A stretch of 64,000 bases of DNA, taken from positions 1-64,000 of the forward strand of contig CAWDXE010000004.1 of assembly GCA_963806185.1 (NCBI GenBank). The letters are read 5' to 3'. Shown one piece after another: positions 28,845-38,759 of this stretch. Under the pieces are notes generated by a model. It made no database searches. It saw only the letters and a program-made list of their open reading frames with translations, and had not been told where the DNA came from. The DNA comes from an uncultured candidate division Zixibacteria bacterium (lineage in GTDB: Bacteria > Zixibacteria > MSB-5A5 > GN15 > FEB-12). A program made the position numbers and the translations under genes. Every line of letters starts with the position of its first letter. Position 1 is the first letter of the stretch.

Positions 28845-31247
28845 ATGCTTCTTCATCCCGGTCAGCAATTTGCCCACTTCATTATCCAACGACTCATTGG
28901 TGCGGGGGCCATGGGCGAGGTGTACGAGGCCGTCGATCAACAGCTCGGACGTACTGACGCGGTCAAGTTGATTACGGCGGAATTCGCTCATGCCGAGGGG
29001 TATCGTGTTCGCCTTGCTGAAGAGGCCCGACTGGCCGCACGAATTGATTCCCCGTTTGTGGTCAAGATCTGGGAGCACGGTACCTTCGAGAACCAACCCT
29101 ACATTGCGATGGAGTGCATTTCCGGCAATGATCTTCGCAGAGCGACTGCCGCCTTTTCCTTCAATCAGAAACTTGATGTATTCAATCAGATTGGTGAAGG
29201 GCTTCGGGCCGCCCATCAGGCAGGTCTCATTCACCGGGATCTCAAGCCGGAAAATATCTGGCTGACATCCGGCGGACAGGTGAAGATACTCGACTTCGGC
29301 CTGGCGAAATCGGTGGATGCAAGCGTCGTCGATAGGGAAGGCAACATTGAGGGGACGCTTTCGTACATCTCGCCCGAGCAGTTAATCGGCGAGCCGCTCA
29401 CCAACGCGTGTGATCTGTTTAGCCTCGGAGTGGTACTCTATGAGATGTTTGTGGGAGCGCTCCCCTTCGACGGGGAGCATGCCGCAAGCGTCGCCTACTC
29501 TATACTGCACGAGGATCCCACGCCGCCATGTTTAGCCAATCCCAGCCTTGCGCCGTGGCTTGACCCGCTGATCATGACTTTGTTGGCCAAGGCCCCCCAG
29601 GATCGCTTCAAGAGTATTGGCGAAGCGATTGATTTTGTCTCAGCCTCTCGCGTCGGTCGAAAGCCGGTCCTCGGCCCAGGGTACATGCAGCCGAAACTTC
29701 GTGTGACCGTGATCGACCTGAAGAACTTATCAAACGACACGGAGTGGGATTACTTCTGTCAGGGATTCACAGAGGAAGTCATTCGCGAGATTTCACGGCG
29801 ATGCAATCTCACTGTCTCCGCCGAGCCGTCAACCGCCGCACCTCGAAACGTCAGCGAAGCCTTCGCCAAATATCGGAGTGATTTCATAATTACGGGCAAT
29901 CTGATGCGATGGCAAAATGACATTCGGCTGCAGCTCAATGCTCACAGCCAGGAGCAGGAGAAACCGCTTTTCAGCGAATCGTATCAGGGGCCATCCTCTG
30001 ATCTGTTCTCTCTGTTGGCGCGAGCGGCGCAGGATGTGGCCCGAGCACTGGCCGACGCAACCGGCATACTGCAAACAGTGGCAATCGAAGCCGCATCGAT
30101 CGACGCTCTCGCTTTTGATTTCTATCTCAAAGGGAAAGCCTACTACCAAACCAATCGATCCGAAGACCTGCTTTTCGCGGCCAAGTTGTTCCAACGGGCG
30201 ATCGACATCCAGCCCGATTTTGCCCTCGCCCACGCCGGGCTGTCGGACGTCTACGCGTTTCAGTATATGGCCTATTACGATCGCACGACGGGGCGCATTG
30301 CCGCTGCTCATGATGAAGCGGCTCGCGCCATTGAGATTGACCCGCTTCTGCCCGATGCGCACCGTTCCCTCGGCCGATATTTCATGTTCGTGGGGGACTA
30401 TGACGCCGCAAAGCGATGCTGCCTGCGATCGACCGAGTGCGACCCCAAGTATGCCCTCGGATACCGAACCCTAGGCTGGTTGTATCGAAGCATGGGACAA
30501 TACTCCGACGCGATTGACTGGGCGCAGAAGGCACTCGAGCGCGCCCCCACTGATCTCGAGACTCTGCTGCTCCTGGGGCTGATCAACATGGATCAGCGGC
30601 GATTCACACCGGCCATCGCCATACTTCACCGTGCGATCGAATTGGGGCCGGATTACGGCCGGGCGTATTACTACCTGGGGATAATCTACCTCAAAGTGGG
30701 GGCGTTGGACTCAGCCATTCAGAATCTCTCGTTAAGTATCAAGTACAAGGGCGACCCCAACTGCTACATCGATACGGGATATGCCTACACGTTGAAGGGC
30801 GACTATCACGCGGCACGACAGGTCCTGACAGAGTCGATTGAATCCGGCTACATGGTTTTCGTCGCCTGCTATTATCTGGGCCTGGTTGCCACTCTGGATC
30901 ACCAGACCGACGAGGCCGGCGATCACTTCCGCAAAGGACTGTACTACATCGAGAACCTCAAGATCGCCGAGGCCTCCGACATTCAGGTTGAGGCCTATCG
31001 AGCGCTGTGTCTCGCCGGTCTGGAGCAGCACCAGGAAGCCGCTTCGATTATTGATCAAATCTACCCGCAAGCGACCAACAACGGCGAGGTGCTGTACAAC
31101 GTGGCTCGCGTGATGGCATGGCTTGGGAAATGGGACGATGCCCAGCGCGTCGCCCGGGAGGCTGTTGCTTCCCATGCCGGCCCGACGGCCAGAGAGATTA
31201 AGATGGATCCGCACCTGACGCTATTCGCCTCGCTGCGCCGACCATAG
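28845..31247 (+). CDS. Hanks-type Ser/Thr kinase with TolB-N-like and TPR domains
   Basis: GAGAMGEV, AVK, HRDLKPEN, DFG, SPEQ; NLSND...YFCQGFTEEVI; multiple TPRs. Confidence 0.93.
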   Translation: MLLHPGQQFAHFIIQRLIGAGAMGEVYEAVDQQLGRTDAVKLITAEFAHAEGYRVRLAEEARLAARIDSPFVVKIWEHGTFENQPYIAMECISGNDLRRATAAFSFNQKLDVFNQIGEGLRAAHQAGLIHRDLKPENIWLTSGGQVKILDFGLAKSVDASVVDREGNIEGTLSYISPEQLIGEPLTNACDLFSLGVVLYEMFVGALPFDGEHAASVAYSILHEDPTPPCLANPSLAPWLDPLIMTLLAKAPQDRFKSIGEAIDFVSASRVGRKPVLGPGYMQPKLRVTVIDLKNLSNDTEWDYFCQGFTEEVIREISRRCNLTVSAEPSTAAPRNVSEAFAKYRSDFIITGNLMRWQNDIRLQLNAHSQEQEKPLFSESYQGPSSDLFSLLARAAQDVARALADATGILQTVAIEAASIDALAFDFYLKGKAYYQTNRSEDLLFAAKLFQRAIDIQPDFALAHAGLSDVYAFQYMAYYDRTTGRIAAAHDEAARAIEIDPLLPDAHRSLGRYFMFVGDYDAAKRCCLRSTECDPKYALGYRTLGWLYRSMGQYSDAIDWAQKALERAPTDLETLLLLGLINMDQRRFTPAIAILHRAIELGPDYGRAYYYLGIIYLKVGALDSAIQNLSLSIKYKGDPNCYIDTGYAYTLKGDYHAARQVLTESIESGYMVFVACYYLGLVATLDHQTDEAGDHFRKGLYYIENLKIAEASDIQVEAYRALCLAGLEQHQEAASIIDQIYPQATNNGEVLYNVARVMAWLGKWDDAQRVAREAVASHAGPTAREIKMDPHLTLFASLRRP

Positions 31248-31414
31248 GTGACCAGTTGAGACGGGTGTTTACCGGCGAGAGCGCGTTAGCCCCTTCGATC
31301 TTACATCGCCCCCTTCGCGAGGTCATTTTGAAATAATCGAAATTGGTTTGTATGGCGAATAACCCCGTTGCCAGCGGCCGTCGGATCATGGGCGAGATCC
31401 GATGTTCTTTGCCA

Positions 31415-31442
31415 TTGACAAGCGGAGCGATTGTGCCATATT
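31415..31442 (+). promoter_or_regulatory. sigma70-type promoter of the giant surface protein gene
   Basis: TTGACA-N16-CATATT with extended -10 TG; preceded by hairpin cgtcggatc/gatccgatg (31379-31404). Confidence 0.5.
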
Positions 31443-31716
31443 ACCGTAGGCACACGACAAGGTGATCTGACAGTCCGAACCGATTGCACTCGAGGACGAT
31501 ATGACTCGGCCAGCTTGTGCCTCTCCCGGCAATGGCGCCTCCAGCCATGACCCTGTTCTATTTCGTTTGTCTCGCTCTTCGACGTGTTCGTCACGAATTG
31601 CGGTCTGCCAGGCGAGGTCTGTTGTGGATCGCTGACGCGTTTCGCGCACTCGAACTTCACCTCATCCGGTCTCGAACTTAGTTCACGTTTCGTCACTGAA
31701 ACGCCTGGAAGGTCAT

Positions 31717-34700
31717 ATGAAACTATCAGCGTCCTTCATCACTGCTGCAGCCCTCGCCGTACTTGTGACTACAACGGTCAATGGCGCTGGGCCTGCAGGG
31801 GAATCGATTACTCCTGCGTCGGTCGCAGAATTCATGACTCCCGACGGTCACGTTGACATGCCCTTGCTCAGACAGAGCAAGTATCAAGGCAATCTCGACA
31901 TCTCCGGATATTCGGCCTCACTAGACGCGCAGTCGGGCGAACCCGTACTCACACCGTTACTCCGAGAGCTGACCGATTATCCGGCCGACTCCGGTTGGAG
32001 CGGGGAATTTCACGGCGGGGCAGTCGGCGGGAATGTTATCTCGATGGTTGTATATAACGGCGAGTTGATAGTTGGCGGGAAATTCCAGAGTATTGGTGAT
32101 CAGGCGCTTTCGAACATCGCTGCGTGGAATGGAACTTCTTGGTCGCCGCTTGGGCAGGGGACAAACGGCCAGGTCAATAACGTCATCTTGTTCGGCTCTG
32201 ATCTGATCGCATCAGGCATCTTCACTACGGCCGGTGGTGTGAGTGCAAACAACATTGCCCGTTGGAATGGTTCGACCTGGTCTGCCCTCGGCACCGGAAC
32301 CAACAACATCGTCTATGCGCTTGTCGTGTTCAATTCGGAGCTCTACGTCGGCGGTGAGTTTACCGAAGCGGGTGGAGATTCTGCCAATTTCGTGGCTAAG
32401 TGGGATGGTAGTAGCTGGACAGCTCTCTCCACTGGCATGGATGCAGGCGTATATGATCTCAAAAGTTTTGGTGGTGAGGTGATTGCCGGCGGCTGGTTCA
32501 CGACGGCTGGGGGAACAACGGTCAATTACATAGCTAAATGGGACGGTTCGAACTGGGTGGCACTCGGCGGGGGAATGAGCTATGGCGTGAATGCGCTCGA
32601 GGTCCACGACAGCAAACTGATTGCCGCTGGAGACTTCGCTTACGCCGGTGGTGTTCCCGTCGGAAGAGTGGCTCAGTGGGATGGAGCTTCGTGGAGCGCC
32701 GTGGGAACGGGCTTTGAAGCTTCAGTTTACTGGTTGTATTCGTACGACACCAAACTGTACGCTGGAGGTACTTTTCTAACTGCCGACGGCAATTCCGCAG
32801 TCAGGGTGGCGAGTTGGAATGGCAGTGCGTGGTCCGCAATGGAGACTGGCGTCAATGGTCTTTGGGTAACCGCCTTCATGGCCTACAGCGGATATGTATA
32901 CGTCGGCGGCAGGTTTGGCACGACTGGCGGGCTGAGCAGCCCCAATTTGTCCAGATGGACGGGAAGTTCCTGGCTGGCCATGCCAGGGTTAACAGCCCTG
33001 GGTGGCTCCGTTTACGGTGCTCTAAGCTTCCGCGATACGCTCTATATCGCAGGTGACATTCGGAAGGCCGGACCCACGTCAGTGAATCACATCGCTCGCT
33101 GGGATGGCTCCGCTTGGAATACGCTCGGCACCGGCTTCGATTCACTCGCTTACGCCTTGGTGGAATATGACGGACAACTGGTTGTAGGCGGCAGATTCAT
33201 CAATGCCGGCGGAGTCTCGGCCAATAAGATTGCCCGATGGAATGGTTCTAACTGGCAAAGCTTTGGCACAGGCATGAATGGCACAGTCAGAACGCTGCGA
33301 ATATTTCGGGGCGATCTGGTGGCGGCAGGAGCATTTACAACAGCGGGCGGCAGTTCGGCTAATCGGATTGCGAGATGGAATGGTGCAACGTGGGCACCTC
33401 TAGCCGGAGGGGTCAATGGGTCTATTGTTGCCACGGCGATTTTCGAAGGGGACCTCATCGTTGCGGGGACTTTTACCGAGGCCAATGGCCTCACTGCCAA
33501 TCGGATTGCTCGCTGGGACGGCAGCGCCTGGTCGGCTTTGCCCGGCGGAGGCACGGATTCAACTATTTGGTCACTAGGGACATTTGGCAACGATCTGATT
33601 GTTGGCGGTGGTTTTATTCAGATTGGCGGCATCTCGGCCAACCGAATAGCTCTGTTCGACGGCACTGCATGGTCGGCTATGGGAACCGGCATGCCGTACG
33701 AAGTCTACGATATCGACGAGTTTGGTGGTGCCCTGTATGCCGCTGGCCGATTCTACTATGCGAGCGACACCTTGGTGAATTTCATCGCCCGTTGGGAGGG
33801 CGGATCACTCTGGTCCCGGCTCGGTTCAGGGTTCGATAACAGCGCGTTTGTCATGGCTCCCCACAACGAACGCCTCGTCTCCGGCGGGGCGTTTTCTGCT
33901 GCCGGTGACAAGGCGTCCTTCCGCGTGGCTGCATGGGCCCCACATACCTTATGTGGCGACGCGGACCAGAGCAACTATGTCGACATCGCGGACGTGAGCG
34001 CCCTGGTAAATTATCTGTATCGTAACATATCGTCTGTTACCCCTGATTGTGATATTGACGACTATGCGACCGTGAACATCAGGGATTTGGCGCGACTAAT
34101 TGAGAGTCTGTTCCTTACGTTCATACCGCCCAGTTGTTCACCGTCCATGCCTCGCTATTTGCCAAGCATTAGGACAGTGGATACCGTCAGTTTCTCGACG
34201 TATGTCTTCCCGGGCTCAGTCACGCAAGTTTCCGTCGATCTCAATTACCACAACAGCCAGGCGGTGTACGCATATTGTCTTCCCCTGAAGATTCGCGTGG
34301 ACGGAGTTAGAGCGACGATCGACTCCGTTAGTTCGACACCACGATTGGTGGGTGGCATGGGAAGATTCTCAGGTATTGACAGTACATCTGGTACCGTCAC
34401 GATCGGCACACAAATGGTGAGTGATCCAATATCTGCCGGAAGCGGTGCAATCGCCAAAATCTGGATATCGATGCCCCCGATGCCATACGACCGCGTGATA
34501 GAGTTCGACACGGCGCATACCCAGCCGCACAACACGCCACTGTTCCTTGGGACTCCTCCCGACTTAGTCGGATTCGTACCGATCATGGAGTTCAGAATGG
34601 ACACCGATCACGACGGCTATGCTGACCCTGACGACAACTGTCCGCTCGTATATAATCCCGCTCAGCAGGATGACGACTATGACAGTGTCGGAAATGTCTG

Positions 34701-36762
34701 TGATAACTGTCCGGCTATCATGAACGTCGATCAGGAAGATGCCGACGGGGATGGCATCGGCGACGCCTGTGACAACTGCCCGTTTGTCTACAATCCCGGC
34801 CAGGAAGACGGCAACGGCAACGGCATCGGCGATGTGTGCGACCCGAATTTCGACACCACCCACATCGTTGACACGGCGGATGTCTACTATGTTCGCCAGG
34901 CCGATCTCGACAAGGACAATCGTGCGGATATCATCTATACTGGCGGTGCGGATGACACGCTGTATGTTGCTTACGGCCGGACTGACGGCTCGCTCGACTC
35001 GCCCCGCGGTTACTATCGCGTCGGGAAGGCGGCGCTGACCATCGATTTCATCAATGCCGACACGCTGCTGGACATCGTGGCGTACTCACCGACTACGCTG
35101 TACGTGATGTTGAATCTGGGCGGGCGTTCGTTCTCAATCGACTCGACGTCAGTCGCGCCACCACCCTCCAATTTCAGACTGCCCACGAATCTCTCTTCCG
35201 TGGCAGTTGCGTCCGGATTCTTTAACAACGATGCGTTCAAGGACATTGTCTGCTCACCCGACCGGTTCTTCCCCGGAAACGGCAGCGGGCGGTATATGAC
35301 GGAGAACACCCTGTCGACCAGCGTCGACGCGCTGGACGCCATCGATCTGAACCAGGACGGTATCGACGACATAGTCGGTGTAGCCGGTGACTCGGCTTTC
35401 CTGTACCTCAACAACGGCACTCCGAGCCTTACCAGGAGCGCCGCCCTGCAGATTGGCTTCCACAGCTTCGACGTGGCCACGGTCCGCACGCACGCGGATT
35501 TCAATCTCGACGGGAACGAGGATTTCGCCGTCATCGTAGGGAATACGGCCGGGATCGCTGACACCAGCACCTTGACGGTTGTATTGGGCAATGGCGCCGG
35601 CGGCATCATCTCATCGAGCCGTACCGAGATCGTCGGTACGGCCGTCAACATGTCGGTGGCGGACGTCAACAAGGACGGCCGGTTGGATGTGAGCGTCATC
35701 AACGCTGACAGCGGCTCCCTGGTCATCAACTTTGGTGATGGGTCGGGCGGATTCAGCGATGCGGCCTCGTTTGCCGTTGGCACAGGGGAGAATTCCGTTC
35801 TCGCCCTGGTCAGTGGTGACCTGAACCGCGACGGGAGTTCCGATTTCCTCGTCGGTGGACAGGGGGGAGCGCCGCTGGTGCTGGCGTATAACGGGCTGCC
35901 CGGTTCGCAGATCCTGGACAGCCAAATGATCACCACGGTATACAACGACGCCCGGCTTCGCATTACTAATCCGGAGGGATTGATCATTTCGCGGCAGCTC
36001 CAGACTGTCGCCGGCGCGGCGTACTGGCGTTACGATATCGACGGTAATGGTGCGATCGACAATCAGGCGTACGACTACAACCTGCAGTATGGTCTGTACA
36101 CCATCGTTGTCGGGAGAGTTGGGACTCGACCGATCGAGCATCTGGAAGTTGGCATCGGCATTGACGGTTCAGCCAACTTCTGCCTGGCCAGGCATTACAA
36201 CGGTCTGGACAGTAGCGGCGTCGACAGCCTGGTGTTCTTTTTTGATGCTCAGGCGACGTCGCCGGTTGTTCCGGCCAGCGGCGTGCCCACGACCAACCGT
36301 CAGCCGACCCTTAGTTGGCCCGGCCTGACGGCCCGTTCGTTCGCGTCGACCACCTACCGACTCCAGCTTGACCGGTATTACGATTTCCGGGCACCAATTG
36401 TCGACATCAATGATTTGGCCGGGACAAGCTATTTGGTGCCCAGTACACTTGGCCCCGACTCGGTGTACTACTGGCGAGTGAAACGAAGCGTCGACGCGGA
36501 TTTCTCCCACCCGTATGCCTTATGGATAACGGGGGGTGCCTGCTGTCTGACGCCGACCGGCAACATCGACTGTGACCCCACCGGCGGCGTAGACATCGGC
36601 GACCTGACCGTGCTGATCGACAACCTGTTCATCTCGTTCGCTCCGCTGTGTTGCGAAGCAGAGGCGAACTGCGATGGACTTGGCGGCATTGACATTGGCG
36701 ACTTGACCAAGCTGATCGACAACCTGTTCATCACTTTCACGCCGCTGGCGGCGTGCCAGTGA
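31717..36762 (+). CDS. Giant secreted modular protein: beta-propeller repeats, dockerin, cohesin-like domain, TSP3 repeats, FG-GAP repeats, FN3-like domain, C-terminal dockerin
   Basis: Signal peptide; about 14 repeats of the ARW(N/D)GSxW type; CGDADQSNYVDIADV dockerin; DNCP TSP3 repeats; D(L/V/F)N.DG..D FG-GAP repeats; terminal GNIDCD...DIGDLT.LIDNLF twice. Confidence 0.9.
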   Translation: MKLSASFITAAALAVLVTTTVNGAGPAGESITPASVAEFMTPDGHVDMPLLRQSKYQGNLDISGYSASLDAQSGEPVLTPLLRELTDYPADSGWSGEFHGGAVGGNVISMVVYNGELIVGGKFQSIGDQALSNIAAWNGTSWSPLGQGTNGQVNNVILFGSDLIASGIFTTAGGVSANNIARWNGSTWSALGTGTNNIVYALVVFNSELYVGGEFTEAGGDSANFVAKWDGSSWTALSTGMDAGVYDLKSFGGEVIAGGWFTTAGGTTVNYIAKWDGSNWVALGGGMSYGVNALEVHDSKLIAAGDFAYAGGVPVGRVAQWDGASWSAVGTGFEASVYWLYSYDTKLYAGGTFLTADGNSAVRVASWNGSAWSAMETGVNGLWVTAFMAYSGYVYVGGRFGTTGGLSSPNLSRWTGSSWLAMPGLTALGGSVYGALSFRDTLYIAGDIRKAGPTSVNHIARWDGSAWNTLGTGFDSLAYALVEYDGQLVVGGRFINAGGVSANKIARWNGSNWQSFGTGMNGTVRTLRIFRGDLVAAGAFTTAGGSSANRIARWNGATWAPLAGGVNGSIVATAIFEGDLIVAGTFTEANGLTANRIARWDGSAWSALPGGGTDSTIWSLGTFGNDLIVGGGFIQIGGISANRIALFDGTAWSAMGTGMPYEVYDIDEFGGALYAAGRFYYASDTLVNFIARWEGGSLWSRLGSGFDNSAFVMAPHNERLVSGGAFSAAGDKASFRVAAWAPHTLCGDADQSNYVDIADVSALVNYLYRNISSVTPDCDIDDYATVNIRDLARLIESLFLTFIPPSCSPSMPRYLPSIRTVDTVSFSTYVFPGSVTQVSVDLNYHNSQAVYAYCLPLKIRVDGVRATIDSVSSTPRLVGGMGRFSGIDSTSGTVTIGTQMVSDPISAGSGAIAKIWISMPPMPYDRVIEFDTAHTQPHNTPLFLGTPPDLVGFVPIMEFRMDTDHDGYADPDDNCPLVYNPAQQDDDYDSVGNVCDNCPAIMNVDQEDADGDGIGDACDNCPFVYNPGQEDGNGNGIGDVCDPNFDTTHIVDTADVYYVRQADLDKDNRADIIYTGGADDTLYVAYGRTDGSLDSPRGYYRVGKAALTIDFINADTLLDIVAYSPTTLYVMLNLGGRSFSIDSTSVAPPPSNFRLPTNLSSVAVASGFFNNDAFKDIVCSPDRFFPGNGSGRYMTENTLSTSVDALDAIDLNQDGIDDIVGVAGDSAFLYLNNGTPSLTRSAALQIGFHSFDVATVRTHADFNLDGNEDFAVIVGNTAGIADTSTLTVVLGNGAGGIISSSRTEIVGTAVNMSVADVNKDGRLDVSVINADSGSLVINFGDGSGGFSDAASFAVGTGENSVLALVSGDLNRDGSSDFLVGGQGGAPLVLAYNGLPGSQILDSQMITTVYNDARLRITNPEGLIISRQLQTVAGAAYWRYDIDGNGAIDNQAYDYNLQYGLYTIVVGRVGTRPIEHLEVGIGIDGSANFCLARHYNGLDSSGVDSLVFFFDAQATSPVVPASGVPTTNRQPTLSWPGLTARSFASTTYRLQLDRYYDFRAPIVDINDLAGTSYLVPSTLGPDSVYYWRVKRSVDADFSHPYALWITGGACCLTPTGNIDCDPTGGVDIGDLTVLIDNLFISFAPLCCEAEANCDGLGGIDIGDLTKLIDNLFITFTPLAACQ
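36538..36762 (+). repeat. Dockerin-coding repeat, copy at the end of the giant gene
   Basis: ggcgtagacatcggcgacctgacc...aacctgttcatc is clearly similar to 47930-48158 and 41642-41728. Confidence 0.8.
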
Positions 36763-36950
36763 GGAAAACGGATTATCTGAAAGCCGTCACGATGAGGTGA
36801 AGAAGGTCTTAAAATAGTTGCGTGCTATCCGACTACGGCTGAACCGACTAAGCCCGCATAGTCTGATCACATACCGCACGACTAGGTTAATACCCGTAGT
36901 CTGTCGGTGGCATTGAATACTCTGTGACAGAGAATCTCCGAGATGCTTCT

Positions 36951-38441
36951 TCAAAACTTCATGTACATGAACGCTGACGTACCGTACTTTCCGAGGAAAC
37001 AGACACCGAGAATAATGGCGTAATAGACACACCACCTGACGACCATGTGTCTCTGCGAGAGTCGTTGTGCCAACGTGCTTGAATTGCCCCCGCGTGCTAC
37101 AACGATCACCGCCAGATAGATGAGCGAGCCAAGTGCGATTATGAGTGGTTCGTCGAAACCGTTGCCAAACAGAAATATCTCCCGAATCGCTTCTTTGCTG
37201 GTGAGAGCATTCATAGTCAACCCGGAGAAATTGAAGCAATTGGCGATTACATACCAGGCGTCAGCAAGACTATCGGCCCTGAAGAATACCCAGGCAAAGC
37301 AGACGGCGTTAAACGTCACGAGCACCTGCCATGCCCCGAGTATTCGCGACTTCTCAAGTCCCAGCCGTTTGTAGATCCGTCGTTGCATTGGTTTCCACAA
37401 GACTGCAATCGACATAAACAGCCCGTGAAGCAGTCCCCAGACCACAAAGCCCCATCCCACTCCATGCCAGAGTCCCGAGACAAAAAAGGTCAGTAGCAGT
37501 GCCGCCGGAATGGCAAATTTTCCCCAACGACGCAGGGATATCTGCAGGGGTTTGAAGAGGTAATCGAGGATGAAGCGCGACAACGACATGTGCCATCGTC
37601 GCCAGAATTCAATCACGGAACGGGCAAAATACGGACGATTGAAATTCTCAGTCAACGATATGTTAAATATCTGCGCCACGCCGCGCACCATGTCGGTATA
37701 ACCGGCAAAATCGAAATACAGCTGAATCGCGTAGCAATATGTCGCCAGGATCAACGATATCCCCTGGAATCGGTGTACGTCGCCGTATACGGCACCAACA
37801 AACATATCCATTCGGTCGGCTATGACTACTTTCTTGAACACTCCCCAGAAGAACAAGACCAACCCACTCCGCACATTCTCGGGAGTAATGTCAATGGCAC
37901 TCCGTAATTGCGGCATCAGTTGACCGACACGCTCGATGGGACCCTGGAGCAATTTCGGGAAAAAACAGAGATAGAGGAGAAAGAAACCAAAATGGCTCTC
38001 AGCGCTTTCAAAGCCGAGGTAAACGTCGGTTAGATACGAGATGGCTTGTATCATCAGATAAGAAACGCCAATCGTCATCCAAAGCGAAGACGGTTGGAGG
38101 AGGCCGCCGAAGTCGAATGAAAGAATTGTGTTGGTCAGGTCAGGAAACAAGTACGGCAAGTAGCGGGCGATCGCCAGGGTGGCAACGAGCGATGTGACGC
38201 CCATCCAGAAAAGCAATCTTTTGGACGCGGGGGAGTCCGCTGAAGAGATCAGCTTACCCGAACCAAACGCGACCAGCGCGATTATGAAAAGGAACACGAA
38301 TAGATAAGGGGAGCCGAAGGTCGCGTAGAAGCAAAGACTGGCAGCAGTTAACAACATCCAGCGAAATCGAGCTGGAATCAAGGCGGTGAGAAATGCCAAT
38401 ACCAGCACAAAGGCAAGAAATGAGATTGAATGTAGGCTCAG
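36951..38441 (-). CDS. MBOAT family O-acyltransferase (AlgI/DltB-like)
   Basis: FFPKLLQGPIER, KKVVIAD, QLYFDFAGY, ENFNRPY, FWRRWHMSLS, GLWHG; probable CTG start at 38441 after GGAGG (first conventional start is GTG 38408). Confidence 0.92.
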   Translation of the reverse strand: MSLHSISFLAFVLVLAFLTALIPARFRWMLLTAASLCFYATFGSPYLFVFLFIIALVAFGSGKLISSADSPASKRLLFWMGVTSLVATLAIARYLPYLFPDLTNTILSFDFGGLLQPSSLWMTIGVSYLMIQAISYLTDVYLGFESAESHFGFFLLYLCFFPKLLQGPIERVGQLMPQLRSAIDITPENVRSGLVLFFWGVFKKVVIADRMDMFVGAVYGDVHRFQGISLILATYCYAIQLYFDFAGYTDMVRGVAQIFNISLTENFNRPYFARSVIEFWRRWHMSLSRFILDYLFKPLQISLRRWGKFAIPAALLLTFFVSGLWHGVGWGFVVWGLLHGLFMSIAVLWKPMQRRIYKRLGLEKSRILGAWQVLVTFNAVCFAWVFFRADSLADAWYVIANCFNFSGLTMNALTSKEAIREIFLFGNGFDEPLIIALGSLIYLAVIVVARGGNSSTLAQRLSQRHMVVRWCVYYAIILGVCFLGKYGTSAFMYMKF

Positions 38442-38517
38442 AATGAGCCTCCGAGAGAGGCGCGAAGCCGATCAGCAGCCCATTTCCGGACCGAAAGCAG
38501 TTCCTCTTTTGGAGAAG

Positions 38518-38751
38518 TCACTTTGCGGACTTCCGCTCGACGAGTGCCTGCAGGTCACCGATATTGCGAAGGCCGAGGACTTCAATAGTAGAGAAACGGA
38601 CTTTGTATTCACGTTCAACTGCCAGTATTATTCCAACGTGACTAAGCGAATCCCACCCAGGTACGTCGCTTGCAACCGTGGTGTCAGAAATCTCTACCTC
38701 ATCGATATCAAGTTCTTTGAAGATGGTCTGTTTAAGCCGATCTGAGATCAT
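38518..38751 (-). CDS. Acyl carrier protein
   Basis: GWDSLSH phosphopantetheine motif; acidic; 77 aa. Confidence 0.92.
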   Translation of the reverse strand: MISDRLKQTIFKELDIDEVEISDTTVASDVPGWDSLSHVGIILAVEREYKVRFSTIEVLGLRNIGDLQALVERKSAK

Positions 38752-38759
38752 TTGCCGTC

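Noticed and set aside
32000..33950. CRISPR-like or DGR-like periodic repeats
   Set aside because: The periodicity is protein-level propeller repeats with synonymous divergence; there is no identical repeat-spacer pattern and no cas or reverse transcriptase gene
35013..35987. Long antisense ORFs (this 324-aa one and many others in the track)
   Set aside because: They are shadows of GC-rich coding genes on the opposite strand, with no recognisable motifs
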